A DNA stretch of 64,000 nt from assembly GCA_041577295.1 (NCBI GenBank), contig JBFGJG010000019.1:4420-68419 (forward strand), in the 5' to 3' direction. Source of the DNA: Gemmatimonadales bacterium (lineage in GTDB: Bacteria > Gemmatimonadota > Gemmatimonadetes > Gemmatimonadales > GWC2-71-9). Below the pieces are notes generated by a model. It ran no database searches. It worked only from the letters and a program-made list of their open reading frames with translations, and was not told the DNA's origin. Positions 8,880-19,235 of the stretch are shown here, piece after piece. Positions within the stretch are counted from its first letter, which is position 1. Each line of letters starts with the position of its first letter. The position numbers and the translations under genes were made by a program.

Positions 8880-8942
8880 TTGCGGTGGCGTCACTTGCTC
8901 GGTGGCAAGGGGCGCGGTAGGAATAGCCTGGCTCGGAACCGG

Positions 8943-9536
8943 TCAGTCGAATTCTGCCGTGCTCAGCGCCAGCAACCCGAGTCCAGCGATTCCGATCCTC
9001 AGAAACATCGACAGTGCGCCCCGTCCGTACTGCTCGGCGTACCAGTGACCGGCGCTTGGGCCCATCAGCACACCGGCGCTGGCGACTACCAACCCTACGC
9101 CTAGGGTGCCCTGATTGTCGTTCCAGCCGCCGGCGGACGCGAGGCCCAGCCCGAGGGCGGTTGGCACCAGCGTCGCCCCCAACGACCAGAGCAGAGCGGT
9201 GCTCTCCGATTTGAGGCCGGAGGGTTGTTGGCTGGGGTAATCGACCCGGATGGGTTGGCTCAGATTGCTCTGCCCCCGCCCGCCGACGGAAACGACAATA
9301 CCCACGCGCCTGTCGACCGGGTCGATCCACGGTGCGGCGCCGAGTGCGGTCCGGTTGTACTTCCGCGCCGACCCGGGGGCGGCTCCAACGTCTATGAGCG
9401 CGACGAGTCCCACGGCAGCGCCGGCACCGAAGGCCAAGGCGAAGCCGAGTTCGTTCTGTGCCCGAAGAGCCGGCGGGCGTACCGTCGCCGCCAACACGAC
9501 GGCAGCAAGCAAAATTGCAACGGTTGCCGACCGCAT
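8943..9536 (-). CDS. Hypothetical exported/membrane protein
   Basis: Signal peptide (ALRA|Q), several Gly/Ala-rich hydrophobic segments, GPSAGHWY motif; GGAG RBS. Confidence 0.65.
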   Translation of the reverse strand: MRSATVAILLAAVVLAATVRPPALRAQNELGFALAFGAGAAVGLVALIDVGAAPGSARKYNRTALGAAPWIDPVDRRVGIVVSVGGRGQSNLSQPIRVDYPSQQPSGLKSESTALLWSLGATLVPTALGLGLASAGGWNDNQGTLGVGLVVASAGVLMGPSAGHWYAEQYGRGALSMFLRIGIAGLGLLALSTAEFD

Positions 9537-10051
9537 CAGGTTCTCCTTGTCTGTTCCTCGCCACTCTTCAAGAACATCGCAGTCTGATCGCCATAGTACA
9601 CCATCTGCCCATTTTGCGAGAACTCAAACTCGAATCGGACGACGATACGGCGTGCTCCGCGTCGGGAAGCCGATTCGCGTGAGCGGAGCGTGAGGGGCGG
9701 ACCGATCAGCGCCAAGGCCTTGAAGTCTGCTCGGTGAATACGGTTTCCATACCCAACCCAGCCATCAGCCCACCGCAATCCGTGGTAGAACCACCCATGC
9801 AGAGAGCCCATATGGGCCGTGGCCATGATCAGCTCACCGACCGAGAGGTGCGCGGGGTGACCTGGCCCCGATCGCTGATGGGCCACGTACGGGAACTCTC
9901 TCGTTGTGTCGAGCCTGGCGACGATTTCGGATCGGTCGGCATCGAGACTGACGATTTCGTCGATCAGAAAGCTGCCATCGTCGTAGAGGAAGGTGTCGAG
10001 GAACTCCTCCATCTCGGATGGATCGTGTGGGCCGGGGATGTGGCGTGACAC
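9536..10051 (-). CDS. Hotdog-fold (FabA/FabZ-like) protein
   Basis: FLIDEIV, H...H segment and ADFK-x-x-x-x-x-G, consistent with dehydratase-like hotdog topology. Confidence 0.55.
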   Translation of the reverse strand: MSRHIPGPHDPSEMEEFLDTFLYDDGSFLIDEIVSLDADRSEIVARLDTTREFPYVAHQRSGPGHPAHLSVGELIMATAHMGSLHGWFYHGLRWADGWVGYGNRIHRADFKALALIGPPLTLRSRESASRRGARRIVVRFEFEFSQNGQMVYYGDQTAMFLKSGEEQTRRT

Positions 10052-10153
10052 CGGGGTTGGGCCTCCGTGGGATGGTGGGTGAGGACGTTAGTCGTATTGG
10101 CGGCAGGCCGAAACCTTACCAAGGGTGGCAGGAATTACTACTTTGTGCACCCC

Positions 10154-10414
10154 ATGGTCGAAACCTCGAAGGGCACGACTCGGACGACGTCACGCTTTGC
10201 CGTGCATCTCGGGCACACCGAGCCCGGTCGCCAGCGGGGCTGGACGCTGTGCGATCGCCGCATCGGCTTGGGCGACGATGAGGTCATTCCATACGACGTG
10301 GTGGACATCTCGCAGCTCGACGCCGTGGACTGTTCCCGCTGTCTCGAACTCGTCGGCGGTCGAACGAGGCGGTGGGGACCGCGACCCCGCCCGCCGCGAC
10401 GCGGCGTCCCGTAA
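10154..10414 (+). CDS. Small hypothetical protein with possible His/Cys3 metal site
   Basis: VH...TLC...DCSRC pattern. Start uncertain. Confidence 0.4.
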   Translation: MVETSKGTTRTTSRFAVHLGHTEPGRQRGWTLCDRRIGLGDDEVIPYDVVDISQLDAVDCSRCLELVGGRTRRWGPRPRPPRRGVP

Positions 10415-10577
10415 GCGGTTTCATAGGATCCTTCCCCTCGAGCCAACACGCTCGGTGGGCGGAGTGCCTGCGTGAACTGCGTCTCACGACGGGATTCGTT
10501 GAATGCTCGGGGTACCCCCACACTGTTTGTGGTCCTTCATCACGTCCCGCGATCTCACTCGTCGTCGTGGCCGCTAG

Positions 10578-10841
10578 CCCATCTCCGCGATCCGTCTGGA
10601 ATGCAGCCGTCGGGCCATCATCTTCCCGATCCAACAGGACCAGTGGATCGGCACCACCACGAACTTCATCGCGGGGGAGTTGGGCGTAGTCTTCCGACCG
10701 ACCCGACGGACCGTCATCAAAGCTGTGTACCTGCGTGACCACTGGGATCGGGCCATTACATTCTCACGCAACGGACACGCTTTCGCATTCCAGATAGCCC
10801 ACCACTTCGATGTGGTCTCGCTGTTCCAGACTGCGTGTTAG
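10578..10841 (+). pseudogene. Start-less open frame resembling the C-terminal fragment of a beta-rich protein
   Basis: 88 codons between TAG 10575-10577 and TAG 10839-10841: ...ELGVVFRPTRRTVIKAVYLRDHWDRAITFSRNGHAFAFQIAHHFDVVSLF. Coding-like third-position GC, no 5' start codon. Confidence 0.3.
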
Positions 10842-11695
10842 CCTCGCCGCCGACCCTTGGACCAAATGAGAATCAAGCCACAGTTGTTTCCGCGATACTT
10901 CGCTGGTGCCAGCGCGCCCGTGTAAATCTCGATTCCGGCAATGTCGTCTGGGGCGAGCGCATCGACGTCCATATCCGTACGCGGGACCCCATCGACGTAG
11001 ACCGGAATAGGACAGTCCGTGCCGAGCGTGTCCGCGGGATTAGAAAACTCGGTGGCGAGCGTGTCTCGCGGGCTGGGTAGGTCGATCCGAATGGACTGCC
11101 GTATTTGACGCTCACTCGTCACGATGCAACCCGAGCCGCCGCGGCAGCGCAATTTCACGCTGGGGATCGATCGAAAGAGCTGTGATACCCGAGTGGGTTT
11201 CTGCTTAGCCACGTCGGCTTCAGTGATGAAGTGACCCACACCGCGTCCCCTTCGCTCGCGGAACTCGGCAAGATCAGCTGTGCCCGCCACACCTTCCACG
11301 ACCAGCGAATCGAGCGGGAGCGCTACCGGCGGTAGGGGGATGGTACCGAGGTCGACTTCGGCAACTTGTTCGTTTGGGAAATCGATCTCGACTTCCATCG
11401 AACGATACCCGTCGCCATGAAATTGGAGCACGAGACTTGGCCCGTGCGTGAGGGTCAACTCAAAAGTGCCCCTGGGGTTCGTGACTCCGGTGGTGCCGGA
11501 GCCGACCACAATGACGGTCGCGTTGACAATCGGTGCGCCGCTGATGGAGTCCGCTACGACGCCTCGCAGAGTCGTTGGACGGTCCTGAGCCAGGCCAGCC
11601 TGCGGGGTACCGAGCACCATCCCGCAAGCGATGAGGCTGACCAAAACACCGCCGCCGTGAAACCACGAGCCCAAGAAACAGTGCAATCGGGACAC
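10838..11695 (-). CDS. Carboxypeptidase-regulatory-like domain plus TonB plug-like domain protein
   Basis: LRGVVADS-x-SGAPI-x-NATV, F-x-ERR-x-x-G-x-GHFIT, C-x-x-x-VYVDGV and IAGIEIY...CG-x-ILIWSK. GTG 11695 follows an AAGGGGG RBS. Confidence 0.8.
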   Translation of the reverse strand: MSRLHCFLGSWFHGGGVLVSLIACGMVLGTPQAGLAQDRPTTLRGVVADSISGAPIVNATVIVVGSGTTGVTNPRGTFELTLTHGPSLVLQFHGDGYRSMEVEIDFPNEQVAEVDLGTIPLPPVALPLDSLVVEGVAGTADLAEFRERRGRGVGHFITEADVAKQKPTRVSQLFRSIPSVKLRCRGGSGCIVTSERQIRQSIRIDLPSPRDTLATEFSNPADTLGTDCPIPVYVDGVPRTDMDVDALAPDDIAGIEIYTGALAPAKYRGNNCGLILIWSKGRRRG

Positions 11696-11872
11696 GGATG
11701 CCCCCTTTTTTGCTATTTGGTACCGCTTCCGTAACGGACAGGTTCCTCGCCCGCCCCGCCACCTCTTCCTCCAAGCCGGCCGAAGTCTTGCCGGTGCTAC
11801 ACGTACCCGCACTCTCGGGAGCCACAATGCACCGTAGACACCACGTTCAATAGGTACTACCATTCGCACGCA

Positions 11873-12730
11873 ATGAAAGATTACCAGCTCATCGTGTCGA
11901 ACCCTCCACATGGTGAGGTCGATCTCACCGCGGCTCTGCCCTCCTTCCGACTTTCTCGAGCCGAAGTTGAGATGAAGGCGAACTACGCGCTGCCGGAGAT
12001 CTGGTTTGCCAGTTCAGAACCGGCGCGCTTGGAGTCGACATTTGGGACGCTCCGCGCAGCCGGACTCAGCGTAGTACTAATTGCCGGTGAGGCGCTGCGC
12101 TCACTCCCTAAACAAGCCCACGTAACCGAGTTCACCTTTGGCGAGCAGGACCTCGCTATTCATGTAGAAGGGCGCGAAATCAAACTGCCGTATCAGGCTT
12201 CCATTACGGGTATCGCTTGTCGCCCGTCGCACGTCTCGGATGCGCTGTCGCGTGCCTCCCGAAGTACGGCGCTCGGCCGCTTGTCACACTCCGGTCTAAC
12301 CCCGAATTCGCTGGTGGGGCGCAGCGAGCGACGCCCCGAGAAAGCCAAATCGGATGCATACGATCCGGAGTTCTCGTCCTTCGTAGACCTATTCTGGCAA
12401 GAGAAGGGGCAGATCTTTCGAGCCTCGTTTTTCGAGAGTAGTGGCGCACGCGGCGAGCGGGCCGTAGCGGACCTCGACGCTCTCGCTGGTGAGCTGGAGC
12501 AGCGGTTTGCCAACGCGCTCTTCGACCGTCGCGGCCTCGGAATGCGCGTTCGGCGTCGCATCATGGTTGGTGAGTACCCCGACGACGACCGCCGGAAAGG
12601 GTTCTCCTACGCCACCCGAGCGCTCAGCCAGTTGCTCGAAGCGATCTCTCCGGACCTCAAGCGCATCGCTGACGTCGAGCTGGCGTCCCGCCTGGGGTAT
12701 CTCACGATTCGAGCGGGATCGGGCGGTTAG
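11873..12730 (+). CDS. Hypothetical protein (285 aa)
   Basis: Long ORF with ATG start and protein-like composition; no motif recognised. Confidence 0.65.
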   Translation: MKDYQLIVSNPPHGEVDLTAALPSFRLSRAEVEMKANYALPEIWFASSEPARLESTFGTLRAAGLSVVLIAGEALRSLPKQAHVTEFTFGEQDLAIHVEGREIKLPYQASITGIACRPSHVSDALSRASRSTALGRLSHSGLTPNSLVGRSERRPEKAKSDAYDPEFSSFVDLFWQEKGQIFRASFFESSGARGERAVADLDALAGELEQRFANALFDRRGLGMRVRRRIMVGEYPDDDRRKGFSYATRALSQLLEAISPDLKRIADVELASRLGYLTIRAGSGG

Positions 12731-13301
12731 CACGCCCTCTCGAAGGCATTCGGGTCAACGCGAGCCCAACCGCCAACACCAATCCCAAGCCAACGAAGAC
12801 CCTCGGCTCCAGTACGACGACCCGCCCGAGCAGTCGAAGTCGCCCACCCGGCGGTCGGTCGCTACTCGAAGTCTCGAAAAGCACGTCGAGGTAGTAGCGT
12901 CCTGGTTGATGGATCTCGAAGGCCGGTAGACGCACCGGTGGCGCGCCCGGAAACGCGCGAACCCACGGTCGCGCCCACCCGGATTGCTCGCGCACGATCG
13001 CTCCAGCCGTGTCGAGGATTCGAAGCCGATATCGCATGCGCTCGCGCAGTCGCGGTTGGAGTTGCGCGAGGTCGACACGGTAGGGGGACCGTTGCGGCGT
13101 GAGGCGGAGCGACCCAATTCGGGCGGACAGTCCGCTGTCCACCAGGCTGATGTTGAGCCCCATGAGCGGTGTCGTCCGACCTGACGGAAGCTCGAGAACG
13201 GCCACGGTTTCCCCAACCACCCAAATCACCCACACCCAATAGCCGAAACCGGCCCCAAGCGCGAGCGCCACGAGTGCGGCTCCGATGATGGGTGGGCGCA
13301 A
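12702..13301 (-). CDS. Hypothetical membrane protein (N- and C-terminal TM helices around a beta-rich domain)
   Basis: Hydrophobic ends; TTG start 7 nt after the glpD stop. Confidence 0.55.
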   Translation of the reverse strand: MRPPIIGAALVALALGAGFGYWVWVIWVVGETVAVLELPSGRTTPLMGLNISLVDSGLSARIGSLRLTPQRSPYRVDLAQLQPRLRERMRYRLRILDTAGAIVREQSGWARPWVRAFPGAPPVRLPAFEIHQPGRYYLDVLFETSSSDRPPGGRLRLLGRVVVLEPRVFVGLGLVLAVGLALTRMPSRGRANRPIPLES

Positions 13302-13307
13302 GCTACC

Positions 13308-14873
13308 TTACGCGTCCACCAAGTACCCACGAGCGATCTGTTCGTACGCTCTGGTCTGACGCACAATCCACTGTTGATCCCGATCGAGGAGCTCTGCCAT
13401 GACCTGCGCCACGCGCGGTGCCATGAGGAGAGCTGCACGCGCATTCAAAAACGTGGCGCGGCTCCGCCGAGACAGATAATCGTCCACCGTGCGTGCCATC
13501 TCATGCTTCACCGACCAGACGATCTCCCCCGCCCGATACGGCAGTGCCGGATGGAGCTGGTCTGCGTAACCAGTGCCGGACTCGATCAGCGACTCCACCG
13601 CGGTCGCGTCGGCACCGTACCACGCCAGATCGCCGAAGCGGTCCGCATCGCGCATATGGCCGTGAATCCGCAGCGTTTTCGTGACACAAGGACGTTCCTC
13701 CAGATCGCCAATGGTAATGGCCTGATCGACACAATCCTCGGCCATGTTGCGATAGGTCGTCCACTTCCCACCGGTGATGGTCATCAATCCGGAGTGTGAG
13801 ATCTCGATCGTGTGATCGCGCGACAGCTCTGCCGTGTTCTCCGATTCTCCCATGCGCACGAGCGGACGAATGCCGGCGAACACCGACAGAATGTCCTTCT
13901 TGGTGGGATCTCTCACGAGATATTGAATCGCCGTCTCGAGGATGAAATCGATCTCTTCCGGCTTGGCGCGAGGCTCCAACGGGCAGTCCTCTAGGGGAGT
14001 GTCAGTTGTGCCGACGATCACGTGATTGTGCCACGGCACGGCGAATAAGACTCGTCCATCGGATGTGCGGGGCACCATGATCGCCGAGTCGCCGGCAAGA
14101 AACTCGCGCGGCAACGTGATGTGGACGCCCTGACTCGGGGAGATCATGGGCTTTGCGTCGGGCTGGTCGAGACGACGAATGGCATCGGTGAAGGGCCCGG
14201 TGGCATTGATGACGACACGAGCACGCGCCGTCAGCTCCTGGTCACCTTCGACGTCATGCACACGGACACCGGATACGAAGCCGCCGCCGTTCTTGATCAA
14301 TTCTGTGACGCGCGCGTAGTTGATCACCGTGGCGCCCTGCTCGAAGGCCGTCCGGGCGAGGGCGATCAGCAAGCGCGCATCATCAAATTGGCCGTCGTGG
14401 TACAGGACTCCGCCGCGCAGGCCGGCCCGCTCGATATTGGGGAGCCGCTCGATGGTCTCAGCGACGGAAAGCGACTGCGACTTTCCAAACCGATACCTCC
14501 CGGCCAACACATCGTACACCTTCATCCCGACGCCGTAGAACGGCGCCTCCCACCACTCGTAGTTGGGAACGACAAACTCGAGGTCGCGCACCAGGTGGGG
14601 GGCGTTCTGGTGGAGGATCCCCCGCTCCCGTAGCGCCTCCATGACGAGGGGGACGTTTCCCTGTTTCAGATAGCGTACCCCGCCATGCACCAGCTTTGTC
14701 GATCGCGTGGAGGTACCCTTTCCAAAGTCGGACTGCTCGAGCAGGAGGACGTCGTAGCCTCGAGAGGCAGCGTCTACAGCAACACCCATCCCCGTGGCGC
14801 CACCACCGATGATGAGCAGGTCCCAGGGAGCCGACCGTTCCAAAAGCCGGTCGATCATCGCATCACGGTCCAT
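13308..14873 (-). CDS. glpD: FAD-dependent glycerol-3-phosphate dehydrogenase/oxidase
   Basis: IIGGGATG, GTSTRSTKLVHGGVRYL, DGQFDDARL, INATGPF, LSRDH and GGKWTTYR. Confidence 0.96.
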   Translation of the reverse strand: MDRDAMIDRLLERSAPWDLLIIGGGATGMGVAVDAASRGYDVLLLEQSDFGKGTSTRSTKLVHGGVRYLKQGNVPLVMEALRERGILHQNAPHLVRDLEFVVPNYEWWEAPFYGVGMKVYDVLAGRYRFGKSQSLSVAETIERLPNIERAGLRGGVLYHDGQFDDARLLIALARTAFEQGATVINYARVTELIKNGGGFVSGVRVHDVEGDQELTARARVVINATGPFTDAIRRLDQPDAKPMISPSQGVHITLPREFLAGDSAIMVPRTSDGRVLFAVPWHNHVIVGTTDTPLEDCPLEPRAKPEEIDFILETAIQYLVRDPTKKDILSVFAGIRPLVRMGESENTAELSRDHTIEISHSGLMTITGGKWTTYRNMAEDCVDQAITIGDLEERPCVTKTLRIHGHMRDADRFGDLAWYGADATAVESLIESGTGYADQLHPALPYRAGEIVWSVKHEMARTVDDYLSRRSRATFLNARAALLMAPRVAQVMAELLDRDQQWIVRQTRAYEQIARGYLVDA

Positions 14874-15049
14874 GGGGGAGAATGGTAACCCCCGTACCGG
14901 ACCTCGTCAGCGGTGCGGGGCCGGGTCCGGGCCCTCGGCAGCGAGATATTCGGAGATCGTGCCATGTGGAAGAACGGCGCCATTGATGCCGATGGCGAGT
15001 CTCGATGTCGTGGAGCGGCACACACAGCTGCCGACGGCGCTCCACGCCA

Positions 15050-15335
15050 TAGGGAAGGTCGGGGACCGGAACGGCCTGTGGAGGTCGGGGGGATCGACTG
15101 GCTCGAGGACGCCGGAAACTACGTGCGCCTCCATGCCTGAGAGCAGACGTACTCGCTGCGCCGCGCACTCGGCTCCCCGGAACGTGCCTTCGATCCTAAG
15201 CGGCTCGTCCGGATTCACCGTTCGACCATCGTCAACCTCGATCGCGTCGTGAAGCTGCGACCGGAATGGCATGGAGACTTCGACGTCGTCCTCGCCGACA
15301 GATCCTGCTGCGCATGAGCCGCACGCATCGCTTGC
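15050..15335 (+). pseudogene. Degraded LytTR DNA-binding domain gene
   Basis: IDWLEDAGNYVRLHA*EQTYSLRRAL...LVRIHRSTIVNLDRV...HGDFDVVLAD, then LRMSRTHR in another frame. In-frame TGA at 15138-15140 plus a frameshift near 15303. Confidence 0.85.
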
Positions 15336-15498
15336 GAGTGCATCCGAACGAGCGGTGCGGCGAGGGGCATACTTGTTGCGCTTGTGAGCTACTTCACTGG
15401 GACTTCCGGGCTCGGAGGACCAGTACAATGTCGCATCGGCTCACCGTTGTCGATGACACGCGACGCCAACACGAGCCCGGGGCCACCACGGAGGACTC

Positions 15499-15870
15499 AT
15501 GGCGCGGTCTGCGAGCGAACGCGAAGGGATTCTCATCGGGACTGACCAGCAATACCGCTGGCTCGATGGCATCGTCCGCGCGGTGGTGCTGCTGAACCTC
15601 GCCGACGCGCTCTTTACCCTGTGGTGGATTCACGCGGGACTTGCCGTCGAGGCGAATGCGCTCATGCGTGACCTGGTCGATCACGGGGCGCTTCCATTCG
15701 TGCTTGCGAAGATCGCGTTGGTCTCGCTGGGAGCGACATTCTTATGGCTGCGCCGCACCCATGCGCTCGCCGTGGTAGCCATATTTGGGACCTTCCTCGT
15801 CTACTATCTCGTCCTCCTCTATCACATTCAATTCACCAGCCAGCTAGTCATCGTCCGCTTCGGACTGTAG
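15499..15870 (+). CDS. Small membrane protein (DUF5658-like)
   Basis: LN-x-x-DA-x-FT, EAN-x-LM and F-x-x-x-K motifs; 3 TM helices; GGAGG RBS. Confidence 0.75.
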   Translation: MARSASEREGILIGTDQQYRWLDGIVRAVVLLNLADALFTLWWIHAGLAVEANALMRDLVDHGALPFVLAKIALVSLGATFLWLRRTHALAVVAIFGTFLVYYLVLLYHIQFTSQLVIVRFGL

Positions 15871-16010
15871 CGGCTGCGGGGGTTTGACCACCCGCCGGTT
15901 CTGATTACACTGCCGACCGACCACTAGCGCCCAGATACGTCTCAGGCGTTTCCCCAGCACCGTTCGGCGGGATGTGATCTCATGACGTTCGAGCCCGCGA
16001 CCATGCACAG

Positions 16011-17555
16011 ATGACGAAGGTGACGGCCGCCACGTTACGGCGTTGGTGGGTGGCGCTCGCGTTGTTCACCGTACTCCTTCGGCTGCCGGCGCTGTTGCAT
16101 CCCCGCCAAATCGACGACGAGGCGGTCTACGCTGTGGTGGCCGTCGAGATCGTGGAGGGGGGAAAGCCTTACGTCGACGCGGTGGAGCGAAAACCACCGC
16201 TGCTGTTTTGGACCTATTCGCTGGTCGTGGCGTTGGGGGGAGCCTACAACTGGTACGCCTTGCATCTGGCGTGCGCGATCTGGACCCTCCTCACCATGGC
16301 CGCGATCTACGCGCTCACAGCCCGTCTCTTTGAGCCGCGAGCGGGGCTCGTCGCGGCAGCGCTCTACTCGCTGTACGTCCCGTGGGCGACATGGAAGAAC
16401 CTCGCGTTCAACGGCGAGGTGCTCATGAACCTCCCCATCGCCTGCGCCTTCCTTTTGACGCTGCGACCATCCTCATCGCGAACGCGTCCCGAGCTGGTGC
16501 TGGCCGGGGCGCTGTTGGCGGCGGCCTTTCTGCTGAAACAGCCTGGCGCCATTGCCGCGGTGCCGGCCGGGATCTACCTGCTGCTCCCCAGTTACCGGCG
16601 CGTTCGCGGGCTGGGGCTGGGGCACTCACTGTTGCACGCCGGGAGTCTGACGCTGGGATTTTGGCTGACGCTGGCTGGTGTGGCAGCCGTGCTGTGGCAG
16701 CAAGGGATACTCACAGAAGCCTACTTCTGGACGATCACCGATCACGACGTCCCGCACGGGATCAGCGATCCTGTCTTTTGGGTCCGTGGTGGGCGGATGA
16801 CGCTGGCGTTCGTGGGGGCATGCGCCCCGCTTGTTATCGGGAGCGCGATCGTGATCCGGGAGCGATGGGATGGCGCCGCCGAACGCTGGCGGGGGAAAGA
16901 GGCGGAGTTTGTAGCGTTGGCCCTACTGCTGGTTGCATCGGTGATCGGCACAGCCGCAAGCGGCAGGTTCTACCCCCATTACTTCATCCAAGCGGTCCTT
17001 CCACTGTCTATCCTGGCGGCCCCGGTGATTGCTGAGGTGCTAGCCAACCGGCGGACGCGTCACCTGCGATGGTTGAGCCATCGTGTGATCGGTGTGTGGT
17101 TGGGGCTCACCGCCGTCGGGTTCCTCACGGCGCATGCGATTGGGCTCAGCCGGCAGCGCCAGGAGATGGACGTAGGGCGCTACGCGCGGGAACAGACCAG
17201 CGCCGACGCGCGAATCTTCGTCTGGGGTCAAGCGACGGGAGTCTATTGCGATGCGCAGCGGCGACCGGCCTCCCGGTACATCGCCACGTTCCCGCTCACG
17301 GGCTACATCTTTGGGAGCCCGCTGAGCTGGGATCCCACCCACGATACCGCACATCGGATTGTCTCGGGGAGTTGGGAATCATTCCTGGCGGATGTGCGCG
17401 CGCACCCCCCTACTCTCATCATTGACGTCGACGCGGCACGGAGAGTTCCCCGCTATCCGATTGAGCAATTCCCCATTCTGGCCGAGCTCGTCGCGTCGGA
17501 GTATGAACTGGTCTATCGCGGGCGGGAGGGTCACGTCTACCGGAGGCGCGGATAG
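16011..17555 (+). CDS. GT-C glycosyltransferase (ArnT/PMT family 39-like)
   Basis: DDEAVY, PY-x-D-x-x-ERKPP, LLKQ, GR-x-YPHYF and many TM helices. Confidence 0.88.
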   Translation: MTKVTAATLRRWWVALALFTVLLRLPALLHPRQIDDEAVYAVVAVEIVEGGKPYVDAVERKPPLLFWTYSLVVALGGAYNWYALHLACAIWTLLTMAAIYALTARLFEPRAGLVAAALYSLYVPWATWKNLAFNGEVLMNLPIACAFLLTLRPSSSRTRPELVLAGALLAAAFLLKQPGAIAAVPAGIYLLLPSYRRVRGLGLGHSLLHAGSLTLGFWLTLAGVAAVLWQQGILTEAYFWTITDHDVPHGISDPVFWVRGGRMTLAFVGACAPLVIGSAIVIRERWDGAAERWRGKEAEFVALALLLVASVIGTAASGRFYPHYFIQAVLPLSILAAPVIAEVLANRRTRHLRWLSHRVIGVWLGLTAVGFLTAHAIGLSRQRQEMDVGRYAREQTSADARIFVWGQATGVYCDAQRRPASRYIATFPLTGYIFGSPLSWDPTHDTAHRIVSGSWESFLADVRAHPPTLIIDVDAARRVPRYPIEQFPILAELVASEYELVYRGREGHVYRRRG

Positions 17556-17587
17556 AAGGGTACGAGGACTGCTATCTTCGTAGGGGT

Positions 17588-19186
17588 ATGAACGTGCCCA
17601 GTCGAACGATCGCGGCGGCGGCCCTGCTTCTGAGCTGGCCCTCGGCGGCGCCCTCGCAGAGTCCACGAGTGACCGACCCACTTGCGGTGGCACGGATCGA
17701 CTCCGTGATCGTCACCCAGCGCAACGTGTTTGACGAGGACGAGGCGCGTTCGAACTTTCTCTTCCGACTGTCCAACGCGTTTCACATTCAGACACGCAGT
17801 TTTGTCATCCGCCAGGAGCTGTTGTTCGCTCCTGGCGATCCCGTGGACACGCTCGTGTTGAACGAGACCGCGAGGAACCTTCGGGCGCTGGGGCTCTTCC
17901 GCGACGTCGACATCGACACCGTCCGCGTGGATGATCGCCTCGTTGCTCAGGTGGACGTGGCGGACGCGTGGACCACGACGCTCCAAGCGGATGCGCGCAC
18001 GACGGGAGGGCAGGTGATGTGGGGGCTGGGTCTCAAGGAGAAGAACATTCTGGGTACTGGCACCCTGTTTCGCACGAAGTTCCGCAAGGAGGTCGATCGA
18101 AACTCCTTTACGCTCGAGGCGTCCCAGAACCGGTTGCTGGCTTCGCGCGCGGGTTTCTTCTGGCGGTGGGACCAGCTCAGCGATGGCAACAAGGGCGACT
18201 GGGGTGTTGGTCTGCCATTTCGGGCGTTCGCGGATCGCAACGCTTTCGAGTTGACTGGCTCGTGGGCATCGCGCCGGGTCCTCCAGTTTCGCAACGGATT
18301 TCTCAACGATTCCTCGGGCCAATTCTTTCAGCGACTATTCTCGCTGAATATGCGCACGGCGGTGGCACCGAAGGCCTCCGAGAGCGGCTATGTGCGCTTG
18401 GGATTTCTTGCGCAACTAAAGCGCGAGGAGTACATGCTGTTGGCGGATACGGCGCGCGCGGTACCGGACACGGTGAGCGCAGCGGTCGGCGTCGGTATCG
18501 AGATGGCCAAAGCCAGATTCCTCGTCACCCAATACTATCTCGCATTTGCCCGGGACGTCGACGTCGACATCTCTCCCCGGCTCGCCGTGGGTCTGTGGCT
18601 GGCACCGAGCGCGTTCGGATACGAGCGGACCGGCATCGGTCCGGTCCTCGATTTCCAGATCGGCGGATCGATAGGAGGGCGACACTTCGCGGTGATCGAG
18701 GGGCACGTCAACGGGCTGTTCACGTCCTCCGGCCTCGACTCCGGGCAGGTACGCGGTGTTCTGACCGCCGTGACGCAACCGATACCCCGAACGGCTACCG
18801 TGTTGCGCGTGGAAGCGGGCGTGCTCGAGGGAGCCCCCCCGTCTCACGAGTTCGACGTAGGCTTCGACCGTGGGCTGCGACGATTCCCCGCGCACGCTTT
18901 CACGGGGGAGGTTGAGCTCTGGTGGACGTTGGAGGAACGGGTGTTTCTCATCGATTCGTTCCTCAAGTTGTTTGGGATCGGATTTGCAGGGTTCGTCGAC
19001 TATGGAGGCGCGTGGTTCCAGGACCAGCCCGCCCGTTTTGGTGGCAGCGTTGGCTTCGGGCTGCGGTTATCGTCCACCCGTGCAGGTGCCATCACCATGG
19101 GCCGGCTCGACCTCGCGTACCGCTTTGGCGAAGGATTCGGTGACAGTCGCTGGGTGTTTAGCTTCGGCAGAAATGTTACGTTCTGA
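17588..19186 (+). CDS. Omp85 (BamA/TamA-like) outer-membrane protein with one POTRA-like domain
   Basis: H-x-x-TR-x-x-VIRQELLF-x-x-GD, ETARNLR, E-x-NILG-x-G, GLR-x-FP, F-x-DYG-x-AW and terminal Phe. Confidence 0.85.
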   Translation: MNVPSRTIAAAALLLSWPSAAPSQSPRVTDPLAVARIDSVIVTQRNVFDEDEARSNFLFRLSNAFHIQTRSFVIRQELLFAPGDPVDTLVLNETARNLRALGLFRDVDIDTVRVDDRLVAQVDVADAWTTTLQADARTTGGQVMWGLGLKEKNILGTGTLFRTKFRKEVDRNSFTLEASQNRLLASRAGFFWRWDQLSDGNKGDWGVGLPFRAFADRNAFELTGSWASRRVLQFRNGFLNDSSGQFFQRLFSLNMRTAVAPKASESGYVRLGFLAQLKREEYMLLADTARAVPDTVSAAVGVGIEMAKARFLVTQYYLAFARDVDVDISPRLAVGLWLAPSAFGYERTGIGPVLDFQIGGSIGGRHFAVIEGHVNGLFTSSGLDSGQVRGVLTAVTQPIPRTATVLRVEAGVLEGAPPSHEFDVGFDRGLRRFPAHAFTGEVELWWTLEERVFLIDSFLKLFGIGFAGFVDYGGAWFQDQPARFGGSVGFGLRLSSTRAGAITMGRLDLAYRFGEGFGDSRWVFSFGRNVTF

Positions 19187-19235
19187 AGTTGGGATTGGCC
19201 GGATGGAATACCGATAGCTCGAGGAGCGGGATACC

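Noticed and set aside
15138-15140. In-frame TGA as selenocysteine or readthrough
   Set aside because: It aligns with a Gly position in LytTR, and nearby frameshifts indicate decay.
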